DNA from: Anthoceros angustus
Taxonomy: Eukaryota; Plantae; Anthocerotophyta
Direction of reading: 5' to 3'
NCBI GenBank assembly: GCA_010909165.1
Contig: VJWM01000016.1
Coordinates: forward strand, 806,001 to 870,000
Length of the DNA: 64,000 nt
The position numbers and the translations under genes are program-made. The notes under the pieces are model-generated. The model searched no databases. It had not been told where the DNA came from and was given only the letters and a program-made list of their open reading frames with translations. How positions within the stretch are numbered: position 1 is the stretch's first letter; each line of letters begins with the position of its first letter. This document shows, piece after piece, positions 1 to 12,191 of this stretch.

Positions 1-983
1 TAACCTTGCCAGGCAGGAGTTGAATAAGGCGAGAGACCACATTGAAGTTGGCTTGCGGAATGAGGTTCACACACAGCTAGCGCACACATATTTAAAGCTT
101 GGTATGCTCTTGTCCAAGGAAGAGAAACTTGGTCTTGATGGCACAGTCGAGCCACTGTCATTTGAGTTGCCGAAGACTGATATGTCCAGGGACAATAAAG
201 GCAGTGGGAAGAAGAGCAGTTTGTCAGCAAGGGATATGATAACGAAAGCTCTAGTGCTGTACCAGTCTTTGGGAGATCTTCGTCTGCAGGAGGCCGCATT
301 TGCACAATTTCAACTCGCATGCCATGAGAGGGACTGTTGCATCAGGAGTATGGCCAGCCAAGGGGAACAGCATGTGCATCAGAAGGTGGAGGGGGCCAGT
401 TTGCAAGCAGGGAAGCGTCACGCATCCCTTTCAGAGCTTTATTGGGAGAAAGCTTTAGAATTCTATAGACCTGACACTCACTGCGACATGTTTCTGGAGA
501 TCTTAATGCAAAGATCAGCTCTCTGCTTACATATGGCACCTTTGACTCACCCCAACGCAGTAAGTGCCCGCGCCCTACGCTCCTTATGCATAGAGTAGAC
601 AAGCGCCTGCCATTTTATTCTTTTGTTCTCGTCTTACATTCTCATCTTGGTGACAGGTGCTGGACATGGCTTTCACACACCTGCTTGAAGGAAGAAGGAA
701 TACTTCCAAATCACGGGACACAGAGGGGAGGCGAGGCCAACCTTCACCCGCTGTATACACAACATTCGTCGACCAGCTGCGTGCTGTGCTGAAAAAGATG
801 TTAGCAGTGGCTATCAAGCATTCTGGCAACTCCACCCGACGCACTGACAGCAACACCGGAGGAGCTTCTGTAACCACCCCGAGAGGAGGAGCGAACGTCA
901 TCAAGGTGAAGGAAGTATACAGACATGCGCTCGAGAAGGAACCCGACTTCCAGACTTTGTACACCCTGTGGACGACAAACTAA
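1..983 (+). CDS. 3' part of an EDRF1-like (erythroid differentiation-related factor 1 family) helical/TPR-like protein; gene starts before the window
   Basis: ORF 20-559 joins in phase 0 over GT-AG intron 560-656 to ORF 657-983. Segments AHTYLKLGMLL, ALVLYQSLGDLRLQEAAFAQFQLA, WEKALEFY and LDMAFTHLLEGR resemble plant EDRF1-family C-termini (recognised from memory). Confidence 0.7.
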
Positions 984-1608
984 CATTCACGAGCCCCGGA
1001 CTCTGTTCAATGTAATATGATGCAATCAAGAACGCGTCATGTTGATGTAGATTACTCCTCTATGCGTGAAAAGCGGCCGAAATGCAAATCGAACCGTGAT
1101 GTATATATGTGCAGGTGGCTGCAGCGCTGTGACGGCGCTGCAGCCACTAGATGTGTATCCAGGGAATCTGCAGGGACTGTACCCTAATGTGAAAAACCCT
1201 TGCCTGGATGCATGGAATCTGGATGACGAATTTGAGGTCTGCTTCTGTAGTCAGAATGGTGGCGGCATCGGAGTTCAATCGGATGTCCACGCTGGAGACG
1301 GCGCAGCAAGCCGGTGTGTAGAGCACAATGGTGCAGGTTAGCTCGCGGACGCCACTGTTGCATCTCCTTCGCGACAGCTGAAGAGCGATATGCCAGTGTT
1401 GCTGAGGAGGCTGCCGTTTCGAAGAGGAAGAGTTGCTTTGATGGATTTGTCGGGAACCTGGTCGAAGTCAGCATCCCTGTACCTGCCGCTGCCTCGGTTT
1501 GCTTCAGCTTCCAGCTCGACTTCGCAAGCAGGCACAAGGTTTACAGCACCGCGAGCTTCGCAACGCGAAAGCGTCTTGGACCGTCCACTGGTTTTCAACA
1601 TTGTGCAG

Positions 1609-2439
1609 GAGAAAGTGACCCCGTGGTCAAGCTCTCGCCCGGCCTCTCAACCCATTCCACCCCTTTCGCCGCGGCACATTCGTTGCTGGAATCTGTGGCA
1701 GCTGGACGGCCTTTCTCTTGAGCAGATAGAGGTAGGCCTTTCTCTTGAGCAGATAGAGGTAGGCCTTTCTCTTGAACGGACAGAGATAGGTGAATAGCTG
1801 ATGGCCTGTTTGGCTCTGTTGCAAGCTATGTTCTTGACAGTCAGGTGTTAGGTTTTCGGGGTATGTTGGTGACGGACGGGGCTTTATGTATGTGTGTGTG
1901 TGCAACAGAAGAAGCTCCATATCAAGAAGGAGACCATTTTCAACCATCTTGTTATCTGCATCAAGAACGGGATTCGAATCGATTGGGTTGATATATGTAA
2001 AGAAGTTGCTTTTACTCCAGACGTTGTGCGGATACTACAACAGGCATCTCGCCTCGTCTCAGACGGGGGGACTTTGCTGAGATGCTGTCCTCGTAACTCT
2101 GTAAGGCATTGCGGGCCTTCTACTCTTGTCGCTCTTCTTTGTTTTCTTTTGCACCTTGCTGATCCCCGGCATAATGAACAGGTGACGGACTCTCAGTGTA
2201 CACTATTCCGGACCATGCAGTTCTGCAAGATGACCGACGAGCAAATTATGCTCGCCTCATGGTCGGCTGTCTTGCCGACACCTGTGCTGGAAAGTTTCAA
2301 AGACAAGTTGTCTATGAATTCTTACGACGAGGACGACCTGGCCAAGGAACAAGCTGAGAGCCCTTTCCTGAACAACCAACTCGCGGTGGCAGGTACTGTA
2401 TATATTAGACATAGGAGATATGGCCATGCAAAGGTTTAG
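1609..2439 (+). CDS. Protein or fragment with a RecQ/RecQsim-type C-terminal helix-turn-helix (HTH_40-like); N-terminal exons not resolved
   Basis: Exon from 1609 (WNLWQLDGLSLEQIE, donor GTAGGC) splices in phase 0 to the exon at 1909 (KKLHIKKETIFNHLVICIKNGIRIDWVDICKEVAFT). This matches the GLSxxxIA..xxTIxxHL..G..IDW pattern of RecQ C-terminal HTHs. No helicase motifs nearby. Confidence 0.5.
1708..1788 (+). repeat. 3 x 27-bp tandem repeat spanning an exon/intron junction
   Basis: Unit ggcctttctcttgagcagatagaggta at 1708, 1735 and 1762 (third copy diverged). Confidence 0.9.
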
Positions 2440-4079
2440 GTCATCTGGAAAAATGTTGTCTTCGTTTCCCGTCCCCGATGATGACGTCTGGTCTGATACT
2501 CTAATTGCCGGACAAGACTTGCCGTCACGGCTAACGCTGTGGAAGTGTTGTCCCGTTCACCGGCCAATCGGTATTTCGTCATGTGGTTCTATTGTATGCA
2601 AAAGTAAGAGCGTCGGCTGTTTCCATCTTTTTTGTTCCGGTGGTGCTCATGACTTTCGTGGGCTCGTTTTGGTTTTTTTTTGTGTCCGCAGAGTGGAACA
2701 GATGATACCCATCCACCGTCCGGTGGTGGCGTTTGCCATGATCTGTGTGCTTTTCAGGAGCTGCGCGGTCACGTAATCTTAGGGGAAATATCCCCGCCCC
2801 GCGTACCCTCCTGAGCCACATGTTGCGGCGGCGGGACCTATGCGTGGCGGCATGACTTGTACGCGGCCCGACTCCACTGCAGCGCCGCTGCCTTCCTGGA
2901 AGCGTGGATGAGCCAGTGTATCGTCATCTTCTTTCATTCAAAGAATCAAGGTGGAGTTCTCTTACACGTAAGAGAAGAAGTCGAGCAGCAAAGATGCACT
3001 TATTCCACCTTATTTTATCCCGTAGTTCTAACCTTGTGTAGACATGGCCATTTGCAGCCATGTTTGTATGTATATCCTTTTCGTACTGTACAAGCGTATG
3101 GAGTGACTGACTGTGAAGGAGGGAGGGACGCACGCCGCATGTGAATCCTGTGTTGGAACAGGGAAGGGCTTGTTGGACGCTGGGCGGGCGCGAAGTCCGC
3201 AGTCCTACCCCACACCAACTCCTGACCGAGTATACCGCCTTGGTGGGGGCGTCTCGGGTCGTTCGGAAGTCCTGACTGCCGCCCCCCTAAAAGAGGAGCA
3301 GCTAATGTGAACGAGGGCGGGCGGGTCACTAACGTGGCAGCGGAAGCCTGGCAGTCGGACTTCGGAGTGTATTCCCGGGCCAGCCGGTGATGAAGTGACT
3401 GCAGTATATGTACTGGGGTGGGGCCCAGAGCAACGAGTACTGTCCAGTGCAGTTCCCTTGTCGGGCAGTGGTTACGGCACACCTAATGGCATGGGGGGCC
3501 CCGTAACCGTAACGGTAATGCGATTTAGTGGTTAATGTTAATACTGGGTGGGGTAGGTCGGTGTCAGTGACGCGCGCGAATGGCGGAGCCCGTTGTTTAA
3601 TTCCTTGGGAGCATGCAAAGCACGTGCGTATTTGGGTCCGGGTGCGGGTTCTGGAGGTAGCCTCATGAACCTTGAGGTAGGCTTCCCTTCTTCCTGCTCA
3701 AGTGTGGTCTCGTCTTGCCATCTCCTCAAAATGCAGGGGCCTCACAGGCTGTGCATTCCGCCTCGCCTCTTCCTCTCCTTCCGCGGCTGCATCTGATCAC
3801 CACCGGCCACAAATCACCTTCTCTTCCTCCACCTTCTTGGCCTCGGCCCCGCCCTTGCCCTTCGCCTTGCGCTTGCCGCCTCCTGCAGCAGCAGCAGCAG
3901 CAGCAGCAGCAAGGTCGCCGTCTCCTTCCTCCGATGTTGGTGTCTCCGAATTGTCTTCCCGCATAGAACCAGCCGGCAGCGAGCAAGCTCGGAGCGCATC
4001 TCGGAGGCTTGGCCAGGCCAGGCCAGGCTAGGCCAGGCCCGGCCAGGCCAGGGCTTGACCAGGCTTTGACCGGGCCCCC

Positions 4080-6182
4080 ATGGCGCAGGAAGCCAGGGAA
4101 TTCTTTCCCATGGCGAGCGGGAGCGGGAGTGGGAACGGTAGCGCCTCATCAGGTGGAGACAGGGACATGGCGGACGCCGCAGAGCCGCCGCAGGCCCAGC
4201 TTTCCGGCTCCCCTCCAGCCCCGGACATCGGTGACAAGTCCCCCCTCCGGGTTACGCCACAGACACAGCAGCAGCAGCAGCAGGCACATGGACCGGTGGA
4301 GCCTTCCCCTTCTCTCCAAGCCTCCTCCAGCAGCGCTGCCGGGGACACCGCCGGCCCCCGCTTGACGGACGAGGACTACCAGCTCTTTCTGCAATTTAAA
4401 GGTAGGCTCCCTTCCCTTCCCTGCCCTTCCCTTGAACCGATCCGTCCCCTCCCCTCAATTTGCTGGAATGCCGTGAACCTGCGTACTCACACCTTTCCTT
4501 TCCTTTCCTTTCCTTTCCGGTGATGCAGGTTTGCTGCAGCAGCAGCAGCACGATGCTCGCCTCGGCTTGCTCACCCACTTCCCCAAGCCGCACTCTCCGG
4601 AAAGGCGTCTCCAACGCACCGCATTGGAAAATGCGGAGCCCGTTGCTTCCTCACCTGTAAAGCTCCTGGATCTGCCCGCCCTTCCCTTCCCTTCCTTTGC
4701 TCCTGCATCTTGACCTGACCTGACCTGACCTGACCTGATCTGACCCTCTGTTTGGTTGTGTCCATGGCCTGTTGGCGTACAGGGCGATCAGCATCCCAAC
4801 CGCCTTGCTCAAGCTCAAGCTCAAGCTCAAGCCCAAGCTCAGCACAGCGCGTCGTCGCCTGCCTCCGGCCTGTCCCTAGCTATCCCCGTGGCTGCCGACG
4901 GCCAGCGTCTGCCTTCAGGTTTCGCGCACCATGGCGGCTTCGGGTCGCCGATTCCTGGGCTGCACAGGCTCAACGGCCGCAGCACCATGATGCAGGCCCC
5001 GACCCACACCAGCCAAAGTCCCAACGGGAGCCCCGCGCGGGACCCCTCCGCCCTTCTCCCCCAAAGACTGATTTCGCAGGGCATGCTGCCGCGAGCCTCT
5101 TCTCCGCAGACGCCACCGGCCAGCAGGTATGGCCCCGCCCTGCTCTCTCTGCCCTCGATGGTTGCGATGGTGACTAAAAGCTTGGTATATGGTATGGCAA
5201 CACAGGCCTTGCTTACCGCATGCTCCCGGGAAGCTAACAGCCCAGCTCACTATTTTCTATGCTGGCACGGTGAACACTTACAACGATGTGCCAGAAGACA
5301 AGGTGGGTGGGTGCGTCGGTGCGTGCTTTTGCATGCACTACAGCAGGATGTGTCACCTTCTCCACAGGATTGCGGAACGAGGGGGATGCTGATGGAGGGT
5401 GGCAACTTGTGGCCTGCAGGCACGTGCAATCATGCTTCTTGCTGCGAGTGGAAGCACATTCACAATGTCACCAGCGGCCTCATCGAGTCCGGGCACCACC
5501 GCCATGCCCACCAACCTCACTATCGCGCCTCCCTCTTCCTCAGCCTCGGCACTCAGCTCGTCCCCGAGTACTCCTGCAGGGACATCTCAGACTGCGAGGC
5601 CGTTCACTCCAGGTAGCCCCTCCCTCCTCGACTCGACTCGACTCGACTCTGCTTATCGGAGCTTAAACCCTAAACGCCGGTCTCACCTGTTCCTCCTTCC
5701 GCAGAACTACCACAAGCCCGGAAGCAATCGCTGGCTCGCTTTCTGGAGAAACGCAAAGGGAGGTAGGTGAGGCTTCACCCAGGCCATCTTCCCCAGCGCT
5801 TGCCATCTCCACGCACAGGTCTGACTCACAAGATTGCAGTCCTTGTGATGTGGATCACAGGCAACGTGGAAAGGCCCCCTACGACATCGAGATGCGAGGT
5901 GCCTGTCCAAACGATTCCGGAGCTCGCATGAGCCCTCTCTCACCCTCTCAACAAAGGGCCGCATCACCAGGGTGTAGCGAAGCTTCATCCCCTTCCTCCA
6001 TGCCAGCCCAGCAAGCACCCGGCTCCGGCCTCGGCCCCGGCCGCGAGGATCAAGGACATTCCTCCCCGGCCCGTGCAAAGCGCAGCGGAACCGACCGTGG
6101 TTTGGGGAATCAATCCCCGGATGCTACCATCAACACCTTGCCCTCCAACTCCCAGCAACAACAGCAACTGCACGTTCACTAA
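4080..6182 (+). CDS. JAZ: JAZ (TIFY + Jas domain) jasmonate-signalling repressor, multi-exon
   Basis: AQLTIFYAGTVNTYNDVPEDK (TIFYAG at 5249-5266) continues as QARAIMLLAASG. Jas motif ELPQARKQSLARFLEKRKGR (5702-5762), split by intron 5763-5860 from QRGKAPY. Long low-complexity N-terminus. Confidence 0.92.
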
Positions 6183-6997
6183 CACGCCGTATCAACAATC
6201 TAAGCTCCAGCCGCATCGCTGCAGCTCCCCTCCTTCCCAACGGGTTTACGGTTGTAGATCAAGCTTCCGGGATAAGGCCCTCGGCTTCTCATTCTTGGAA
6301 ACATGAAATGCTAAGCTGACCTCGGAGTTGTGGCCCAACAGACGATCCCAATTCCAGTGTCGATTCCGGCTTCTATTGCACAGACCTGGTCCCCTTGTAA
6401 CTCAGGGACGCCTGGTCCGTACGAGTATATTTCCGAGTCTCGCCAACGTCCATGCTACTCTCGTGTACGGCGTCTAGTCCATTACGTTATGAATATTTAT
6501 GTGCGAAAGGTACCAGGAACGCCAGTTCTCACCGTCACGCTCATCCGAAGCAAAGCGTGTGGGGCCTTCCCTGTCCTTCAACCCCCAGTCTCTCCAACAA
6601 TATCTGATACACAAACGGGCAGCGAAGGAGCTCGGAAGGAGCAAGCTACAGCCGCGTGCCCTGGGTCACCATGACATTGTCTCTTGATGCACGTGGAAAC
6701 AAGCCGACGTGGGACATACCAACCTTTCTCTTTACACTGTGTTAGCCCGCCCCTGCGCCCGCCCATGTGCTGCAATTTCCCGCGAGCCATTGGCGGGGGC
6801 AATGGAAATCCGACGCAGCGCCGGGCTGCACACGCAACGCCACCACGTGCATGACAAGGATCACGGCAATTCGCCCTCACGACCAAGCGAGGGAGAGGCC
6901 AGCGGAAGCCAGCCAGCTCTTGCCCATGCCGCGTACCGTGCAGTACGCGGGCGGCAGATTCGAACGAGGCCGGCCAGTGGGAGAGCGGTCTTGGGAA

Positions 6998-9853
6998 TCA
7001 GCCGGGGCCCGTGTTTCCGGTCTGCTCACGGGATGCATGACAGTCCAACAGCAAACCCATGGTGCCCACCACGCCTCTGTCCGGAACCATGGCCCGGGCT
7101 TCCATGTCTCTCAACACCTTCCCGGCCTCCTCTACTTGCCCAGCCCGCACCAGGCCCGCCAGAAACGCGTTGCAGAAGGCGTCGTTGGGGCTCATCAGGC
7201 ACCGCCGCATGTCCTGTATCATGCTCGTCACCTCGTCCATCCTCCCGGCCGCCTGCAGCCCCGACACCAGGCCGCAGAAGAGGGACGCGCTGGGGATGAA
7301 GCCAGAATCCCGCAGCTCCTGGTATAGCTGCAGAGCGTCTTGCCACCGTTCATGCTTACAGAAGCCCTGGATCATGAGGATGTGAAACCCCGCGTCTGCA
7401 AACCCTCGCACCTTGGCCTCTTCGAACACCTTGGACGCCTCGGCGCTTCTGCCGGCCCTGGACAGGGAGGAGAGCAGGCTGCTGTACGTGTACTCGTCGG
7501 GCTCTGCGCCCAGCAGCTTCATGTCCAGGAACAGATGATAGGCCTTGCCCGTTTCTCCTGCCTTGCCCAGCACGTCTATCAGTATGTTGAAAGTGATGAC
7601 GCCAACGACCCATCCTTTCTCCGCCACCTCGTCTGCGAGTTTCACTGCTTCTGTAACCCGGCCCGATTTCGCTAGGGCTCCGATCAGGACCTGGTACAAG
7701 GCCAAGTTGGGTTCCACTCCCCTCCCCTTCATGACGAGGAAGAGGCCCATGGCTTCGCTCACTTTGCTGGCCTTTGCAAGAGCGTCGATGAGAGACGAAT
7801 ATGTGAATACGTCGGGTGTGAAACCTTCCTGTTGGAGCTGCTCGAACATGACGTAGGCTTCGTCCACCTTGCCCGCCCTGCTCAGGGCATCGATGACTGT
7901 GTTGAAGGTGATCAAGTCGGCCACCACCTGCTTCTGCCTCATTTCCTGGTACAACAGCATGACATCCTCCACCCTTCCCGTCCTTCTGTGGCCGTCCATT
8001 ATCGCATTGTAGCATTTCACGTCTGGGAGAACTCGAATTTTCATCTCCTTGAATATTCGAACCGCGTCATCCATGTAGCCCACCTTGGCAAGCCCATCCA
8101 GTATCGAGCAGAAAGTGGCACTGTCAGGGGTGGGAGCCTTACTCTTCATCATGTCCTCAAATAACTCCAACGCGCTATCGACTTTTCCATCTTTGCTGAG
8201 GCCAGAGATGAGGGTGTTGTACACGACCACGTCCGGCACAAGACCCTCCTGCTTCATGAGCTCAAACATTTTGAAAGCATCTTCGTATTGACATGCGACA
8301 AAGTGGGCTTTCATCATGGCAGAGTAAGTCACTACACAGGGATCAATTCCCTGGTTCTTCAACTCTTTAAAGAGCTTGACAGCCTCGTCAACCTGTCCCA
8401 ACTTGCCAAAACTTGTGATAAGGCTGCTGTACGTATATCGATCAGGCTGATAGCCTGAACTCAGCATCTCCTTATAGCAGCCGTGAGCATCCATGATACG
8501 CCCACCCCTTACCAGGATGGCAATCAGACAGTTGTAAGTGACACCGTCTGGCTGACAGCCAAGCTGTTTCATTTTCTTGAAAAGATCTACGGCAGCGTTA
8601 GGCTTCTTGGCTTTCCCAAAAGATTGCATCGCTGTAGTGAAGGCAAACACATCCTTCTCCTGGCCCTTTCCTTCAACATTCTCCAAGACAAGCATCAGCT
8701 CGTCAAATCGACAAGCTTCTCCAAGTCTCGTCACCATTGCATTCTTCGTGTAACTGTCATGTTCATACTCCGGTTGTCCACCAGCCCACTTGAAAAAGTT
8801 CCAAGCCAAATCTAAGCTTTCCACCTGCTTGACTACTTCACGAACATGATAAGGCTTTAGCCGCATATGTAACTGCTGCAGTGACCGTTCTGTAAGTGGC
8901 CCCCAATCTTTGTCTCGAGTCACAATATGGACAAGATTTTCAATTTTTACATCAGCTGACCAAGGTGAAATGGTCTTCGACGGATCAATGTGATCCTCCC
9001 CAGCCCCAAATGCCAAACCTGCCGTCTTCGAATTTATACCAAAAGAATGGGTACTCTCGGCTTTAGAAGACTTCTGGAACTGCAATCGCCTCCTTTCTCG
9101 TCTTGCATGGGAGGCAAACTCCCTGACAAGAGAAAAGCCACTGTACAAAACTCTGCGACCAGAGAACTTGTGTGACAAGGACACGGTACCCTGCTGGGAA
9201 TACCCCGCTATCAAGGTATTCCACCTCACCACAGCCTTCTGACCAAGTCCATCAAACGCTCTTTGAGCTTCATCCAAGCTGTTACACTTTCCATACCTGT
9301 CCAACAAGGAATTACATACAAACAGATGCGGCTCAACTTCACTGGCCAATACATCAGCATGGACCTGCTGCCCAGTTTTCAAGTCTGCTCCCCTTGCACA
9401 AGCCTGCAGGGCTGCCACGAATGCATGCCCATTTCGCTTCACACTTGACCTGCGCATCCGGTGATACAGTTGTATGCCCTGCTTAGCCTGCCCGTGGTTA
9501 ACATGTACAGAGATCATGCAAGACCATATGAAGGTATCAGCATTGGCAACCACGGTACACACATCCATCGATTCTTGCAACCTGCCATGAGAAGCAAACA
9601 TCCGCATCACATGGTTGCACAGGAGCGAGTCCGACTCATACCCCGCTTGCACGGCCAAACCATGTACACGGCGACCTAGAACCAGGTCCCTCTGCACCAC
9701 ACATTTTTTCAGCACAGCATAAACCAAAGATTGGGCAACACGGCAGTCCCTCTGCACCAGAACTCCCAGGGCCTCAACGGCCTCGGTGAGCCGCCCCTGC
9801 TGACATAGTTTCCTCACCGTTGAAACTGGGGCAAGTAAACCTGGCCACTGCAC
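6998..9853 (-). CDS. Pentatricopeptide repeat protein, 951-aa ORF: N-terminal PLS-type repeats then a long P-class array
   Basis: PLS-type motifs (FVAALQACA, FVCNSLLDRYGKC, WNTLIAGYSQQG) in about aa 1-222. Then AWNFFKWAGGQ and many 35-aa P-type repeats (PDxVTYNxLI, PDVVVYNTLISGL). Confidence 0.92.
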   Translation of the reverse strand: MQWPGLLAPVSTVRKLCQQGRLTEAVEALGVLVQRDCRVAQSLVYAVLKKCVVQRDLVLGRRVHGLAVQAGYESDSLLCNHVMRMFASHGRLQESMDVCTVVANADTFIWSCMISVHVNHGQAKQGIQLYHRMRRSSVKRNGHAFVAALQACARGADLKTGQQVHADVLASEVEPHLFVCNSLLDRYGKCNSLDEAQRAFDGLGQKAVVRWNTLIAGYSQQGTVSLSHKFSGRRVLYSGFSLVREFASHARRERRRLQFQKSSKAESTHSFGINSKTAGLAFGAGEDHIDPSKTISPWSADVKIENLVHIVTRDKDWGPLTERSLQQLHMRLKPYHVREVVKQVESLDLAWNFFKWAGGQPEYEHDSYTKNAMVTRLGEACRFDELMLVLENVEGKGQEKDVFAFTTAMQSFGKAKKPNAAVDLFKKMKQLGCQPDGVTYNCLIAILVRGGRIMDAHGCYKEMLSSGYQPDRYTYSSLITSFGKLGQVDEAVKLFKELKNQGIDPCVVTYSAMMKAHFVACQYEDAFKMFELMKQEGLVPDVVVYNTLISGLSKDGKVDSALELFEDMMKSKAPTPDSATFCSILDGLAKVGYMDDAVRIFKEMKIRVLPDVKCYNAIMDGHRRTGRVEDVMLLYQEMRQKQVVADLITFNTVIDALSRAGKVDEAYVMFEQLQQEGFTPDVFTYSSLIDALAKASKVSEAMGLFLVMKGRGVEPNLALYQVLIGALAKSGRVTEAVKLADEVAEKGWVVGVITFNILIDVLGKAGETGKAYHLFLDMKLLGAEPDEYTYSSLLSSLSRAGRSAEASKVFEEAKVRGFADAGFHILMIQGFCKHERWQDALQLYQELRDSGFIPSASLFCGLVSGLQAAGRMDEVTSMIQDMRRCLMSPNDAFCNAFLAGLVRAGQVEEAGKVLRDMEARAMVPDRGVVGTMGLLLDCHASREQTGNTGPG

Positions 9854-10132
9854 TCAGGCCCATTGAGATGAGATAACGGAGATGGAAATGCTCTGGCGAC
9901 CACTCAAGCTGATTCCGCCTCATCAGTTGACAGCAATCTGACAAGCCGACCCTCGGTACTCCGCTCGCCTCCAGTCGAGGATTATGACCACCCAAACTAA
10001 AATCCCACTACACACACGAATTTCAACAGGCGGGCACATCTACCCAAGGTGAACGTTCGTCAAGATTGTTCTTCAACTTGGAAACCTACAGCACGTCCAA
10101 GTGATCTAGGCACATTGTCAAAATTCATAACA

Positions 10133-11781
10133 GAAGAAGAAGAAGAATTTTATTGAAGTCCACTAAGACTTAACAACTTGCACCATGGTATGCCTAAGCT
10201 ACTTGCACCAAGGGCATCCATTCCCTTTAAGCACCCCATCTAAGTATCGATAGTCCACTAAGGACGGATTTCCATCATGGGACTTGGTACTTAACAACTA
10301 ACACCATGGTATGCCTAAGCTACTTACACCAAGGGCATCCATTCCCTTTAAGCACCCCATCTAAGTACCGATCCAAGTGCAGGATGCTTAGTAAGCACGT
10401 TCTTATAAATGTGTGTCCATTTGGCACATTTTCCTACCTCTACAACAGCCCGTTTTCTTATCCAGGAACTACGAGTAAAAACTTATTCAAACTCCATCTC
10501 GCGGCCTGTTTTGCTCGGCTGTTCACTCTACCTATGTTACCTATAGCCCGGGTTTGCCCCTTTGGATTTGTGCATTTCAAGAAGCTTTATCATATAGGAG
10601 TACTACATTGTATGTTTTGTGAAAGCATCTTTGTCTTCAAAGAATACTATTATTTATCATTAATTAATTTAATAAAATAATAAACTAGAGACTCACAAAG
10701 TAAAGGGGAAAAAAAAGAAGAGATATCAAGCTAGTATCCCTTTGCCGACCAGCAAATATGCGATATATATAGCATATGTGGTATACGAGGGCTGATGCTA
10801 AAATTATGATAACAAGGTTAGAATACTACTATGTATTTGGCATGTGTCATATATGGAATACCGATCTGGTCACGCGTCATCCACATTTTTTTAGGGTTGT
10901 GGACAGAAAGAAATAGTCCCGCCGTATACGGCGGAACTATTTCGTTATGTCACGCATGACCACATTGGTCTTGGCTGCGGCCCCCCGGTGTACCGATCTC
11001 GTCAAGCTGATGATGCACACAAACTTTTCACGATGTACACAAAAACGTTTTTTCTCTCAGGTTTAGGGTTGCGTTGCGTCTTCTCATGGGCATTTTGCGA
11101 TCCATGGCGGTATGTGTCTTATTCGCACTTTTTACCATTTATATTTGCGCTTACCGCACTCATCGCTTGTGCTCAGGTCGAGTGTGTTTGCCTCATGCGG
11201 TTGCGTGTTTGGCACTGGCTACATACAAGGCTGCAACGTTTCCTGCTGCCTATGGGGGTGCAGTTTCACATAGCACTAAGTACCTTGAAATAAGCTTGTA
11301 CCAGAAGGACCAACACAAAGAAGGCCGCGTGTTAACATGTATGTGTGGTGATCGGAACCCTAAAACCCTAAACTACAAAACATTTGCATGACACAATGGG
11401 AACACCAATGGGACCTGCATAGAACCTACCGAAGTTGTTGTGGCACATATTATATGTATATTGTATGCAAGAATCTTAACATGCAGTGGCATATTTCCGT
11501 AAAGTACACCCAAAGAAACAAAGTCACACACACAAAGCCGTGTGACCAGAACGGTATTCCATAGTCATAAAATGGCTTAGGCCAAATGGACGCACCTTTA
11601 TAAGAACCTCGTGATTAAGCATCCTGAGCTTAGATCGGTACTTAGATGGGGTGCCTGAAGGGAGTGGATGCCCTTGGTGCAAGTAGCTTAGGCACACCAT
11701 GGTACAAGTTGTCAAGTACCAAGTCCCATGATGGAAATCCGTGCATAGTGGACTTAAATAGAATTCTTCTTCTTCTTCTTC
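10133..11781. mobile_element. Non-autonomous foldback/MITE-like element with long terminal inverted repeats
   Basis: Arm 10133-10425 is the reverse complement of arm 11581-11781; both end in (GAA)n-aatt(t/c)tatt(g/t)aagtccacta. The left arm has an internal direct duplication. No coding capacity; TSD not identified. Confidence 0.75.
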
Positions 11782-12191
11782 ATACCAACCCCATTAGAAT
11801 AGAAGGTAGAATATCCTTCCACATCAACGCTTGATCATGGAAGAGGGATATGAGATTGTCGATGGTGATCTCTCGTTATGCTAAGCAATAATATAGTTTG
11901 ATTAAAAATTATAATTATAAATAATAAAATCTGGTCTTTCATTGGTAAAAACTTAAATAAAATAATTAATAAAAATATGGGATAAAAAACGATTTTAAGC
12001 GTATGATATTATTTAACCACCACTGTTTTAAGAGACTGTAAAAAACACTCCATACTCCACTTGATCTTAGTGGGTGGCCGTTTTGGAGTTAAATCGCCAC
12101 TGGACCATCCAAACAATCCAATCTCCGGGAGCTCCGGAATGCCGTGTGCATCGCTTGAGAGTAGGACTCGGAGTGCATACCGCAGAACAAG

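Noticed and set aside
2420-3500. Short ORFs between the HTH fragment and JAZ
   Set aside because: No recognisable motifs or consistent splice model.
3890-4830. (CAG)n and pentamer runs (ggcca, ttccc, tgacc) around JAZ as a special code
   Set aside because: Ordinary microsatellites in the UTR and introns; they explain the poly-Q/A/C shadow ORFs.
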